DNA from: an uncultured virus (IMG/VR IMGVR_UViG_3300033463_000102) | Lineage: Duplodnaviria; Heunggongvirae; Uroviricota; Caudoviricetes | Virus record (IMG/VR): IMGVR_UViG_3300033463_000102 | Reading direction: 5' to 3' (one strand) | DNA: 64,000 bases | In this document: positions 53,411 through 62,409 of the stretch, piece after piece | Layout of the letters: every line of letters starts with the position of its first letter | Numbering within the stretch: the first letter of the stretch is position 1 | Program-made: the position numbers and the translations under genes | Notes under the pieces: generated by a model | The model's input: only the letters and a program-made list of their open reading frames with translations | What the model was told of the DNA's origin: nothing | The model's database searches: none

Positions 53411-54334
53411 TTAGAACCCCCACATTCTGCCGCCAACTACGCCCCAGTAAGAACTACGGTCATCGTAGCCGTCACCACGCAATACCTGCTTGGCATCGGC
53501 CTTTGGCGTCTTTACGTTGTTCAGCATTCCTTCCAGCTCGGTGGCCAAGCGTGCAACCTGTGCATCGTCCATCCTAGGATAGGCCACCGCCAACTTATAC
53601 GTAAGGGCCACGGTGAGCAGCTCCGTATAAGCGTCGGGTATTCTCAAATCTGTATCCAAGTCAAACTCGATGGCCCTGTTGTAGTCAAGGCGGAGCTTTA
53701 CGTTCTGCGCAACAAGATAGGGCTTGACCTCGATAATCCATTCTCCCTGCGACAAGTCGTTGAAAGTCCAAATCAAGTCAGTGTTGCAATATGAATCAAA
53801 GTCTGCATAAGGCTCGAAGTGCATTTCCAGCATTCCGCAAGGCTGACCCCTGTTGATTGCCAAGGTATTCAGCTTGGAAACTCCGTCAAGGTGAACATGG
53901 TATGCGTTTACGTAATTAAGAATCTGCTGATACCTCGGGTCAAACCCGTCCACTTCGATTGGTTCCCAGTGATATGCCCCCATAGTCTCCACGACTCCGT
54001 AGACTTGCTGGGGATTGGTCCTGATGACCGCCCAAGCATTGTTCTGCTTCTCTTCCACAGACGGGACATATCTGGTCATTTCCGCCATATCATTGAAGAC
54101 GTAATTGTATTCACCGAGCATGGTATCGTGCTGTCCATAAATATGTATAACCTTCCTTGCCGGAAGGTCAAGCTTCTGCTGGGTGAACGAAAGGAAATTG
54201 TCATTGTTGTACTTGCTGACAATCCCTTTAAGCAAATTGAAAGAGCTCTGTACCAAGTCACCTGGAGCAGGTTGCCGCCTCGGCACGACATTTGCTCGGC
54301 TAAGAGCCTCTGTAATAATGGAGCGGACTTCCAT
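53411..54334 (-). CDS. Head-tail adaptor (P22 gp4-like, with internal insertion)
   Basis: IITEAL..ANV, IPDAY.ELL..LTYKLA..Y motifs. Confidence 0.7.
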   Translation of the reverse strand: MEVRSIITEALSRANVVPRRQPAPGDLVQSSFNLLKGIVSKYNNDNFLSFTQQKLDLPARKVIHIYGQHDTMLGEYNYVFNDMAEMTRYVPSVEEKQNNAWAVIRTNPQQVYGVVETMGAYHWEPIEVDGFDPRYQQILNYVNAYHVHLDGVSKLNTLAINRGQPCGMLEMHFEPYADFDSYCNTDLIWTFNDLSQGEWIIEVKPYLVAQNVKLRLDYNRAIEFDLDTDLRIPDAYTELLTVALTYKLAVAYPRMDDAQVARLATELEGMLNNVKTPKADAKQVLRGDGYDDRSSYWGVVGGRMWGF

Positions 54335-54384
54335 GGATAAGCCCTCATGTTTGATTGTTAAACGTTTACATTTATAATAAGTAG

Positions 54385-55719
54385 TTACAGGCCCGCATAG
54401 TACCTGTCCAAGACGCTCCTTGCCTTCTCTGCGGAATACCCACCGTCTGGCTTTGCACCGCCATGGTTCTTCGCATAGACGGCCAGTGCGACGGCATCAG
54501 CCAAGTCAGGGGAGTGCCCCAGAATCTTCTTTGCGAGTTCCTTCGGCAACAGCGAACGCTGGCCCCTCTTGTTGATTTCCACCTGCATGGCAAGGATTTC
54601 ATTCTTCACCTCGTCGCAGACCCAGAAGCCATTCCTGATTTCCTTTGCCAGCTCCAAGTACATTTCCGTCCTTGCATTGGGGTAGTCGTTCTCGTTATAG
54701 GCCTTCTGGGCAAAGTTGATGGAAGTCATCTTCATGTCCTTCGTCTCGGCAAGGTCCATGGCCCCCTGACCATAGCCGCCAGTGCCGTCGCCATAGGCGC
54801 CTATGGGCTTGAAGCTCCGCCACAGTTCGGCAATCTGCTCCACCTTCTGGTTCGTGTTCAGGTCAGGCGCCTTCTTCCAGTCAATCATGCCCGTCTCGTC
54901 GATGATTACAGCCGTGTTCTCGTCAGCGCCAAGGCCAGCGAAGTCGGCCCCAAGCCAATACCCCTTGCGGTGCGGATTCACCAGCTTGGCCGCAATGAAG
55001 TCGGAACGCATTACAATCTGGGATGCGATGTCGAAGTCGAAGATTTCGCCAAGCACCTGCTGACGGTATATGTTCGACCCCTCGATATAACGGTCTTTCA
55101 GGCCCTGCTTGAACTTCTCGGAAGTGAACGGGTTGTCCAGTGCAGTCGCATGGATTACTGAATCGGGGTGGTTCTTGCACAGGGAGCTGAACCAGTTCTC
55201 TGCGGACATGGACTGCGGGGAACTGATTAGCCTAGTCATCGGCTCGTATCGGCCACCACGCATACGGTCAGAAGCATACTGGTATGCCTCTTCCACGATG
55301 TAGGCGCTCTCGTCCATCGCAAGGATATCTATTTCGGAAAGGCCGAGCATGCCGCTCGGGTTTTCACTTGAATACCCGAACATCACCGAGCCGTTCGAAA
55401 GCATGAACTCCTGGTCGGACTTGTTGTACTCGTAGCCCAGCTTGAACATTCCGCACACGGCCTGCATTTCACGGATAAGAACACGCTTCAAAGCCTTGTG
55501 GGTCTGTGCGATGCCTATGCAACGGCAAGAGGGTTTCTTGGCCATCTGCATTATCAGCCAGATAGCCAATGCCCTGGACTTGCCTGCTGAAATGCCAGTA
55601 CATGCAATCCTGAGGTCGTCATTGAAACCGTCAAGGATAAACTTGCGCTGCCACTCGGACAGCTGCAACTTAATTGCCGCCGACGATTTCGAATTCGAGC
55701 TTGATTTCCTTGCTGCCAT
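54385..55719 (-). CDS. terL: Terminase large subunit
   Basis: WQ, Walker A GISAGKS, Walker B LAMDE, SSP, DNPF, GADFA, SPDLADA. Confidence 0.92.
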   Translation of the reverse strand: MAARKSSSNSKSSAAIKLQLSEWQRKFILDGFNDDLRIACTGISAGKSRALAIWLIMQMAKKPSCRCIGIAQTHKALKRVLIREMQAVCGMFKLGYEYNKSDQEFMLSNGSVMFGYSSENPSGMLGLSEIDILAMDESAYIVEEAYQYASDRMRGGRYEPMTRLISSPQSMSAENWFSSLCKNHPDSVIHATALDNPFTSEKFKQGLKDRYIEGSNIYRQQVLGEIFDFDIASQIVMRSDFIAAKLVNPHRKGYWLGADFAGLGADENTAVIIDETGMIDWKKAPDLNTNQKVEQIAELWRSFKPIGAYGDGTGGYGQGAMDLAETKDMKMTSINFAQKAYNENDYPNARTEMYLELAKEIRNGFWVCDEVKNEILAMQVEINKRGQRSLLPKELAKKILGHSPDLADAVALAVYAKNHGGAKPDGGYSAEKARSVLDRYYAGL

Positions 55720-56167
55720 TCTTTGCCTCCGTCGGTTCTGCCGAAGTAGAGGCCTTCACACTCAATCCCTTGTTCTTCTGGGCCCACCTTTCGCTATCCC
55801 TGCGTTCAAGAATCTGCAGGTATCTGAGGGCCCTCTTGTTGTCAGGGTTAAGCAACAGTTCCTTTGTCAGAAGCTGTCGCAACAGGAGCACTTTCTCCTC
55901 ATAGTAGACAGCAGGAACCTTGTCGATGATAGTTCCTGCGGGAGCCCAGTGGAAAGCCACCTTGGCCCAATCAGAAACATTGTCGCATGACAGAAGTGCA
56001 ATGGTCAACTCTACGTTCGACTGGGGACAAACTAGACGATTAGCGCCTTCCGTGATAGTAGTGGAAAGCGTGACGTGCTTATAATTCATTTCAAGCCAAC
56101 TCGTTAGAGTCGAGCCTGGATGTTCGGTGGCGAGTTGTGCCGCCTTCTTTTTTCCCAATCTTTTCAT
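55670..56167 (-). CDS. terS: Terminase small subunit (probable)
   Basis: Overlaps the TerL start; ILERR..W motif; late motif 6 nt upstream of the ATG. Confidence 0.55.
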   Translation of the reverse strand: MKRLGKKKAAQLATEHPGSTLTSWLEMNYKHVTLSTTITEGANRLVCPQSNVELTIALLSCDNVSDWAKVAFHWAPAGTIIDKVPAVYYEEKVLLLRQLLTKELLLNPDNKRALRYLQILERRDSERWAQKNKGLSVKASTSAEPTEAKNGSKEIKLEFEIVGGN

Positions 56168-56182
56168 ACTATAAATAAGTAG

Positions 56183-56205
56183 AGCCGCCCATCGTGGGCG
56201 GCCTT
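56183..56205 (-). terminator. Hairpin GCCGCCCA-TCG-TGGGCGGC
   Basis: 8-bp GC stem between the early and late blocks. Confidence 0.5.
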
Positions 56206-56207
56206 GC

Positions 56208-56414
56208 TTACCGAGCCTTGCGCTGTCTTGCGTACATCGTATCGAAAGGGTTTCCGTTCGGATTCTTTCGGGGGATTTCCTCGACAACCCTTGGTGGGTC
56301 ATCAGTAACCTGCATTGCCGACTCGGGCGCCTTGTCAATCTGGTCAGGCGGAGTCTGCAAGTCCAAAGGGTCGGTTTTCTTTACTGTCTTTTTCTTGGTC
56401 GGTTGCTTAATCAT
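56208..56414 (-). CDS. Small basic hypothetical protein
   Basis: AGGAG RBS. Confidence 0.5.
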   Translation of the reverse strand: MIKQPTKKKTVKKTDPLDLQTPPDQIDKAPESAMQVTDDPPRVVEEIPRKNPNGNPFDTMYARQRKAR

Positions 56415-56589
56415 GGCTTTCTCCTTGTGGAATTTTGCCTGCTGCGGCATCTAACTCACAGCACACACATTTCTGAGATGTTATTGACGACTTGTCGAGA
56501 TAATATAACCCTACGCAAAGAATAAGGGCTAGCATAATTACGATACCCCAAAGAGCTGCTGCAATCGATTCATTGGATTCCGTTTTCAT
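56407..56589 (-). CDS. Small single-TM protein
   Basis: ALWGIVIMLALILCVGLYYL. Confidence 0.5.
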   Translation of the reverse strand: MKTESNESIAAALWGIVIMLALILCVGLYYLDKSSITSQKCVCCELDAAAGKIPQGESHD

Positions 56590-57010
56590 CGTCGTCCTCC
56601 ACATATGCAGTAACCGAAATGACTTTCTTAAATTCCAGCTCATTTCCCGCCTGCCGTATTAGCTTTAATACAGTCGGCTGGACAAGGTGAGTATGAAGTT
56701 CATCCAAGTCCTTGGTCGCAAAATTCATTTCTCCGATTTGGATGTTGTAGACGTGATTTTCTCCATTCTTAGTCTTTACCGTCATGACTACCTTAAACGG
56801 ACCATCTATATCGCATTGCTTTTTGTTCAGGTATTCCGTCATTGCTTCTGCGGGAGCCTCGCAATAGTAAGTCGTGGTAAGCTCCTGCCCTTCAAGAGGA
56901 ACTCTAGTACACCAAGACTTATAGCCTTCATGATGCTTGGGATTCTCCGCAACCAGCAAATTAGGGGCCCACCAAAAAGCCTTATCTACTGTAATTTCTG
57001 ATGATTTCAT
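56570..57010 (-). CDS. Hypothetical protein
   Basis: AGGAG RBS; positional counterpart of 25557-26074. Confidence 0.6.
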   Translation of the reverse strand: MKSSEITVDKAFWWAPNLLVAENPKHHEGYKSWCTRVPLEGQELTTTYYCEAPAEAMTEYLNKKQCDIDGPFKVVMTVKTKNGENHVYNIQIGEMNFATKDLDELHTHLVQPTVLKLIRQAGNELEFKKVISVTAYVEDDDENGIQ

Positions 57011-57024
57011 AACTACTCCTATCT

Positions 57025-57056
57025 GGAAAGAAAGCCCACGGGTTCCCCCGTGGGCC
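57025..57056 (-). terminator. Intrinsic terminator closing B's ncRNA cluster
   Basis: GCCCACGGG-GGAA-CCCGTGGGC-TTTCTTT. Confidence 0.75.
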
Positions 57057-57087
57057 CTTGATGAGTTAGCTTGACTTTTTAGAGTAA

Positions 57088-57230
57088 CAACCCGCATGGG
57101 CCTAGTTTATCCTTTTTTTCCTTCCATGCAAGTTGTTGACCCTAGTGGACAGATGGGTGAAACTGATAGCACACATTTGTTGAAGAAAACCCCATCTGCC
57201 CGCTAGGGCCCAGCCCGAAGGCTGAACCCA
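57088..57230 (-). ncRNA. Three tandem hairpins (UUCG hairpin, GCTATCA-loop hairpin, purine/GGA-loop hairpin)
   Basis: GGGTTCAGCC-TTCG-GGCTGGGCCC; GGGCAGATGGG/CCCATCTGTCC; CAACTTGCATGG/CCATGCGGGTTG. Confidence 0.65.
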
Positions 57231-57234
57231 CAAC

Positions 57235-57295
57235 AGGTAGGTTAACATGAACAATAAGTAGCCTGTCTATTTTAAGCCAGTCAGGCAAGTTGGCT
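57235..57295 (-). ncRNA. H-type pseudoknot plus anti-RBS tail
   Basis: P1 AGCCA/TGGCT, P2 GCCTG/CAGGC, loop AAATAGA shared with A. Confidence 0.75.
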
Positions 57296-57300
57296 GTTAG

Positions 57301-57430
57301 GTGTGATGGCAGGGTTCGAACCTACAACATCGGGATTACAAATCCTAAGTAACCCGCCCTGTCGCAACCATTTCAGGAGAAAAGGCGGACGGGTAACATT
57401 CCGTGCTCTACCAGTTGAGCTACATCACAC
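57301..57430 (-). ncRNA. tRNA-like RNA with a 56-nt structured insertion in the anticodon arm (residual TGT loop)
   Basis: 8-bp acceptor GTGTGATG/CATCACAC, D arm GCTC-AACTGGTA-GAGC, T arm GTAGG-TTCGAAC-CCTGC. Confidence 0.85.
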
Positions 57431-57439
57431 TTTTAATAA

Positions 57440-58165
57440 CTAGAACGGGAGGTCCGAGTCTTCGAAGCTAGTAGCACTCGTTGCTGCAGCCTGTTCCATC
57501 AATTGCTTCTTGGCAGTGGAGCCCTTCGGCAATGCCGGGGGAGCAGTCTTTGCCTTCTGCTGTTCTTCGGCAGGTTCGGAAGACTCTTCCTTTGCACGGA
57601 TGCCGATGCCATCAGCCAACTTATAGTCAAGGGCTTCTGAAAGCATCCATTCAGGAATATCGTCGATACCGACTTCCTTTGCAGTCTTTGAAGCAGGAGA
57701 GATGCTTACGATGTCATTGAAGGTCTTTCCTTTCTTGGAAGTGACCTGATTGACCATAAGGCGACCCTTCTTGCCGATGAACTTGCTGACATCGAAATGG
57801 GCACCGTTTTCGTCAGTGACGAGAAGTCCGCCCTTTTTCAGGATATCAACGATGGTCGGCCAATCCGTCTTGTTGAACCACTTGGAAATTTCCTTGCGGA
57901 ACACCGAGCGTTCATCAGCACAAATCTTCCAGCGCTTGCCGAGAAGACTATGCACGAGGCCTTCGCTGTCTGCGAGCTGCCAAATGAGCTGGATTTTCGG
58001 GCCATGGTCATCGCCTTCGAACACATGGGGCTTGATGACATAGCCACGGACGACTGCATCATAGACTCCTTCTTCGAGCAGGAACTTGGATGTGGTTTCC
58101 CCGCTTTCGAATGCTGCGAGTTCTTCTTCATTGAGGTCTAGTCCGAGATTGATTTCGTTACTCAT
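57440..58165 (-). CDS. ssb: Single-stranded DNA-binding protein (probable)
   Basis: Close homolog of 24391-25128; DSDLPF tail. Confidence 0.75.
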   Translation of the reverse strand: MSNEINLGLDLNEEELAAFESGETTSKFLLEEGVYDAVVRGYVIKPHVFEGDDHGPKIQLIWQLADSEGLVHSLLGKRWKICADERSVFRKEISKWFNKTDWPTIVDILKKGGLLVTDENGAHFDVSKFIGKKGRLMVNQVTSKKGKTFNDIVSISPASKTAKEVGIDDIPEWMLSEALDYKLADGIGIRAKEESSEPAEEQQKAKTAPPALPKGSTAKKQLMEQAAATSATSFEDSDLPF

Positions 58166-58246
58166 ATTATTACTCCTATTGAGATTGTTAGCACCAGCAC
58201 GGTGGATTTCTGTGACGGGACGTGCCCCTTTCAAGTCTGTACCTAT

Positions 58247-58275
58247 AGTTTAGCATTTTTATCTTCGACTGTCAA
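58247..58275 (-). promoter_or_regulatory. Sigma70-type promoter TTGACA-17-TAAACT
   Basis: Conserved with 24284-24312. Confidence 0.75.
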
Positions 58276-58308
58276 GAGTTTTTTATAAAAAAGCATGTTA
58301 TTTTTTCT

Positions 58309-59148
58309 TTACATTAGTCTTGCAGCCATTCGCATGAATTCGTCTATGAAATCTGCCTCTACAGATTGAGCCAACCTTTCCACGCACATGAAGTCAAGTC
58401 CATGCCTTTTCAGGTAGGTAAGGATTTCGAACGATGTCCTGTTGCGTTCACCCTCGTGCATTTCACCGAGAGCCTTTTCGGCCCATCGGAGCATCCTTTC
58501 TTCCTCTTCCTTTTCTGTGACAGGATTGCCGTATTTCTTGTTGAACTCGGCGGCGGCATGCTGGAAGTCGATTTCATTGTGGCCCCGTTCACGCTCGGCT
58601 TCAACCTTGTTCCAGTCAATTGAATATTTTGTCCCCTTGTTGTAGGCCCAACGATACGGCGACTTGGGTTCCCTTATGATGGGAATGAGCTGACAGTGGC
58701 CACGGTCGAAACAGGAAGGGTCACAGCCCCATTCGTTGACCATCGCCTTCTTGAAGTAGTAGTCCTGCAAGTCACAGTCCAACGGCTTGTCGAGCGGAAG
58801 GATTACACGGAAGCGGTCATGGTCTCCCTTGTAGGTATGGCTATGGCTCGTGTACAACGCATAGGACAGGCCCTTGTGGTCTGCTATCCATTCATCGACA
58901 GAGCACGAGGAATCATAGTCTATCTGCAAGAAGTAAAGGCTTGCAAGGTTTGCCCCGATATACTGGGCCTGCATAGTCACTGGATTGAGCACAGGATTGG
59001 CCACGAGCGTTCCGTAGATGCCAAGGGGAGCCTCTTCCTTGTTCGGGCATACAAATGGCTTCTTGATGAGTTCAAGCCACTTCTCTGCCGTAGGGCGCCA
59101 GTGCCACAGGCTTTTATCATAGAAGTGTTTTCTGATGAGGATATCCAT
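58309..59148 (-). CDS. Primase-polymerase (AEP/PrimPol-like)
   Basis: Close homolog of 23411-24250, both 279 aa. Confidence 0.8.
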   Translation of the reverse strand: MDILIRKHFYDKSLWHWRPTAEKWLELIKKPFVCPNKEEAPLGIYGTLVANPVLNPVTMQAQYIGANLASLYFLQIDYDSSCSVDEWIADHKGLSYALYTSHSHTYKGDHDRFRVILPLDKPLDCDLQDYYFKKAMVNEWGCDPSCFDRGHCQLIPIIREPKSPYRWAYNKGTKYSIDWNKVEAERERGHNEIDFQHAAAEFNKKYGNPVTEKEEEERMLRWAEKALGEMHEGERNRTSFEILTYLKRHGLDFMCVERLAQSVEADFIDEFMRMAARLM

Positions 59149-59156
59149 GTTGCCTC

Positions 59157-60653
59157 CTAGAATAGCACAGACGTATCGCTGCTTTCAATAGTTGAGTCTT
59201 TCATCATCCGTTCAGAAACGGGAGCATCGTCGGTGTCAAAATCTACATAAATTTTCCCGTTCGGACCAGTGCAGTCAGGAAGGATATGCTGAACATCACG
59301 GGCGAAGTATTGCAGTGCCTTGCCCTTGTTTCCAGTTTCCTTGCACCAGTTCGAGTAGAAACGGAAAGCACTTTCGAGCTTTGTCTTGCCGATGCGGAGG
59401 TTGACAGCATCGGCCCACATTTTCGTCGTAGTCTTCGTCGGGTAATAGCTTGCCTGAATTGCCTGAACTTGCTTGCCAACTTCCGTATCAGGGTCGAAGT
59501 AGCCATCATCCGAGTCTTCGTCAATGGACTTCCAGAAGTATATGGAATTGTCCAAGTACTTGTTGATTTCATCAAAAGACTTCGGGCGTGTTCCAGTGCA
59601 GTTGAAGTCGAAGAAGCGGCGCATGGTGGTTTCGTCGTAGATGACATCGTAGAGGTGTTCATTAGCCGAGCTGATGCAGCTGAATGTAATCCTACGCTTT
59701 GCCTGTTCCTGAGTTCCGTAAACACGGGCATCCATCTTGTCGCCCGTGATGATGGATTTGAGGATTGCCTTCTGGTCAGCAGTAAGGCGCCCACCGCTAG
59801 TCTCTGATTCCACGTTCACGGCCATTTCATCGAAGATTAGGATGAAGTTTTCCGTGAGGCGCTTGATTTCCTTGGTATCATCGAAAAGCTTGGAAATGCT
59901 TGTCGTAGACGTAAAGTCCGTGAATGGAGATGAAATCTTGTTGAGGGCAGTTGTCTTGCCTATTCCAGCAGCGCCAAAGAAGTTCAGCCAGATGTGGTAC
60001 TTTACAGGCCTGTCATTCATCTTGCGCTTCACCTGCCATGCCCAGTGCTTCATAAGAGTGGAAAAGATTTCATAGCTTTCAGTAGGCTTAAAGTATTCAT
60101 AGATTGCTTTTAGCCAGCGTTCGCCGATAGCTTCACAGCGGGCATCGTATCTTACATTGTTAGATACAATGGCAAGGCCATCCTGATACCCATGCATGGC
60201 CATGGTCTGCAAGGTGCTCTTGATGGCATCAGCTGTATAATGGCCCGCCCCGTTATAGATGTCGCTCATGATGGCGACCCTGAGGTTATCTAGGTCTTTG
60301 TAGGTGGCAACGCCCAATGCTGTGTACTTGATTTCCTTCCATGCGGGGCTGATGTACCAGTCCCTTGAATGGTCCTTTAACCATTTGGTAATGAATTCCT
60401 TTGGTGACGGCTGGTCTTCTTCATCTTCGTTGGATGGCCACTTCCTTTTCTGTTCATCCTTTACAAACTTTTCGATGTCTTCTAATTCAAGGGGAGCCCA
60501 TGTTCCAGTACCTTCACGGAACCTTTTAAGTTTCATCCACTCTGTCCAGATAGTATCTACATCTGTCTTTCGTCTTCCTTTATCACGAAGTCCACCATTT
60601 TTCTGGACTTCATAGTTCTCCCCGAACCATTGTTTGAAGTGTTCATTAGTCAT
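59157..60653 (-). CDS. VapE/VirE-like SF3 helicase
   Basis: Walker A GAAGIGKT, Walker B ILIFDE, LKSIIT..R.YG, SAN, D.T.RRF. Confidence 0.8.
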   Translation of the reverse strand: MTNEHFKQWFGENYEVQKNGGLRDKGRRKTDVDTIWTEWMKLKRFREGTGTWAPLELEDIEKFVKDEQKRKWPSNEDEEDQPSPKEFITKWLKDHSRDWYISPAWKEIKYTALGVATYKDLDNLRVAIMSDIYNGAGHYTADAIKSTLQTMAMHGYQDGLAIVSNNVRYDARCEAIGERWLKAIYEYFKPTESYEIFSTLMKHWAWQVKRKMNDRPVKYHIWLNFFGAAGIGKTTALNKISSPFTDFTSTTSISKLFDDTKEIKRLTENFILIFDEMAVNVESETSGGRLTADQKAILKSIITGDKMDARVYGTQEQAKRRITFSCISSANEHLYDVIYDETTMRRFFDFNCTGTRPKSFDEINKYLDNSIYFWKSIDEDSDDGYFDPDTEVGKQVQAIQASYYPTKTTTKMWADAVNLRIGKTKLESAFRFYSNWCKETGNKGKALQYFARDVQHILPDCTGPNGKIYVDFDTDDAPVSERMMKDSTIESSDTSVLF

Positions 60654-60666
60654 TTCTACGTACCTT

Positions 60667-60776
60667 AAAAATAAAACCCGTGTCGTCCTTGTTTAAAGTT
60701 AGCAGCTTTGGGCACGGACGACACGGGTCTACGGTAGTAGAAAACTCTTTATGCCCAGGTGCTGCTAGAACCTTTA
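60667..60776 (-). promoter_or_regulatory. Attenuator-like leader (terminator whose loop pairs with the 5' segment)
   Basis: 13-bp stem 60716-60728/60676-60688 plus U tract; loop complements 60751-60776. Confidence 0.7.
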
Positions 60777-60934
60777 CATATTGTTTATACATCATTAATA
60801 TATATTTTTTTTCTGAGTTCTGCAAGGCCAAGTGAAAATATTTTTCTCTTTCCATAGCCAGTCAATGGGGTAGTCTTTAACTACCTCATCCCTTTTCTGT
60901 GTCCAAAAATTCTCTCCTTATATTCTTTAATTTA

Positions 60935-60997
60935 ACGTATATATATATCAAAATGCCGTTTTTGAGCGAATTTCGAGGTTTTGATATATATATACGT
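60935..60997. repeat. Perfect 19-bp inverted repeat with (TA)n core, candidate origin of B
   Basis: ACGTATATATATATCAAAA / TTTTGATATATATATACGT with a 25-nt spacer; outer imperfect arms. Confidence 0.75.
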
Positions 60998-61050
60998 ACT
61001 TTTAAAGAATATATAGGGGAATTTTTTTTCACCTTTTTTATAAAAGGTAC

Positions 61051-61079
61051 TTGACAAGTGTAAACACTTTTGATATATT
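61051..61079 (+). promoter_or_regulatory. Promoter TTGACA-17-TATATT with palindromic operator AAGTG-TAAA-CACTT
   Basis: Upstream of the tandem HTH genes. Confidence 0.7.
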
Positions 61080-61111
61080 TATGGCATCAACACAAACACA
61101 AGAGGTAAACA

Positions 61112-61504
61112 ATGAACAATAAGGAAAACACATCCATCACAGAACTCCCTTTCCAGACTGGTCTCAAGAAGTTCCTGAACCGCAAGGGTCTCACCCAGAA
61201 AGCACTGGCCGACAAGATTTACGTCTCGTCATGCACGGTATCACAGTGGACTCGTGGCAGCTATGACCCTAGCGTGACAGTCTCCCTGCTCATTCTGGAA
61301 GGCATGACGCTCGAAGAAATCTTCGGTGCGGACGTGATGGACAAGATTCTTGAAAACGAGAAGGAAAGCACCAACGCAATCCTTCGCCACATCAACGCAC
61401 AGTCCTCGCCCAAGAAGGAAGAACCCAAGAAGGAAACGAGGGCCGAGAAACAGAAAGCTGGCTTCATGAGCCGTCTGACCATGCTGTTCAGCGCAAAGAG
61501 GTAA
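61112..61504 (+). CDS. XRE-family HTH regulator
   Basis: GLTQKALADKI..TVSQW..G..P..GMTLEEIFG. Confidence 0.85.
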   Translation: MNNKENTSITELPFQTGLKKFLNRKGLTQKALADKIYVSSCTVSQWTRGSYDPSVTVSLLILEGMTLEEIFGADVMDKILENEKESTNAILRHINAQSSPKKEEPKKETRAEKQKAGFMSRLTMLFSAKR

Positions 61505-61506
61505 TA

Positions 61507-61707
61507 ATGAAGAGAACACAGTTCCAAGAAGGCCTGATGGCCTTTATGAAAAGAAAAGATTACACACAGCAGGAGCTTGCCGATAACATAGGTGTCACAC
61601 GCACGTCAGTGAACTACTGGGTCAATGGACGGCATGAGCCTATGCTCCGTGACATAAACAAGCTGATAGAGGCAGGCATGAGCATTGAGGAAATCTTCGG
61701 AAAGTAA
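61507..61707 (+). CDS. XRE-family HTH regulator (Cro-like)
   Basis: TQQELADNIGV..SVNYW.NG..EP. Confidence 0.85.
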   Translation: MKRTQFQEGLMAFMKRKDYTQQELADNIGVTRTSVNYWVNGRHEPMLRDINKLIEAGMSIEEIFGK

Positions 61708-61738
61708 AAAACAGGGTCGTCCTTTCGGGCGGCCCTTC
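61706..61738. terminator. Bidirectional terminator
   Basis: AGGGTCGTCC-TTTC-GGGCGGCCCT between convergent genes. Confidence 0.65.
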
Positions 61739-61755
61739 AACCTTTTGTACATAGG

Positions 61756-62400
61756 CTACAAGACATTCTGGACATAGCGGAAGACGTGCCCGCTTTTGAC
61801 CCTGACATCGGCATGAACAGGAATTCCCTTTTCCTTGCACTTGCATGCAAAGAACAGGTCTTCCCCGAGCACGCTGTGCTTCTCGTCCTCGTAGTTCACC
61901 CACTTGAAGTAAGGGTAGCCTAGCTTCTTGAACACGTCCGTCTTGATTAGGGCGCACCCTAGGCCGCCACCGTGAACCCTTATCTTCGTGGCACCGTCTG
62001 TAACCATCTTCTCGATTTCCTGTGCGGTGTACTCGGATTCAAGAGGAAAGCTGAAATACTCGCTGCCGTCGAGCTTGTAGAGCTTACAGATGTTCGTATT
62101 GCCCTTGTAGGAGCCGTCAGTGGTCCTATGGGCATAGAAGGACAGGCAAACGTCCACAGGGTTCTCCAGCATCAGTTTGAGGGCATTGCTGGGGATGACG
62201 TTGTCGGCATCCACCATTAGCACGTAGTCGGCATTTATGGCCATAGCTTCCTCGGCAATCCTGTTTCTGGCCGAGGCGCAGTCGTAGCCCCTTACGAAGT
62301 CGAACAGGCACCAGTGGCCGCATCTGTCGAGGCCATAGATTGAACGGAAGGTTTCTGGACAGATAGTGTCCGAACATGGAATCGCAATCAGTATCTTCAT
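61756..62400 (-). CDS. Glycosyltransferase (GT-A fold)
   Basis: Differs from 30164-30808 at about 13 of 214 residues by manual count. Confidence 0.85.
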   Translation of the reverse strand: MKILIAIPCSDTICPETFRSIYGLDRCGHWCLFDFVRGYDCASARNRIAEEAMAINADYVLMVDADNVIPSNALKLMLENPVDVCLSFYAHRTTDGSYKGNTNICKLYKLDGSEYFSFPLESEYTAQEIEKMVTDGATKIRVHGGGLGCALIKTDVFKKLGYPYFKWVNYEDEKHSVLGEDLFFACKCKEKGIPVHADVRVKSGHVFRYVQNVL

Positions 62401-62409
62401 ATTTACCTC

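Noticed and set aside
60646..60855. 69-aa ORF upstream of the helicase
   Set aside because: Overlaps the promoter and attenuator and has no recognisable motif; probably spurious, though a shorter leader peptide is possible
61112..61707. Host assignment (HTH style reminiscent of Fibrobacter-type phages)
   Set aside because: Impression only; there is no host DNA in the window and no search was possible
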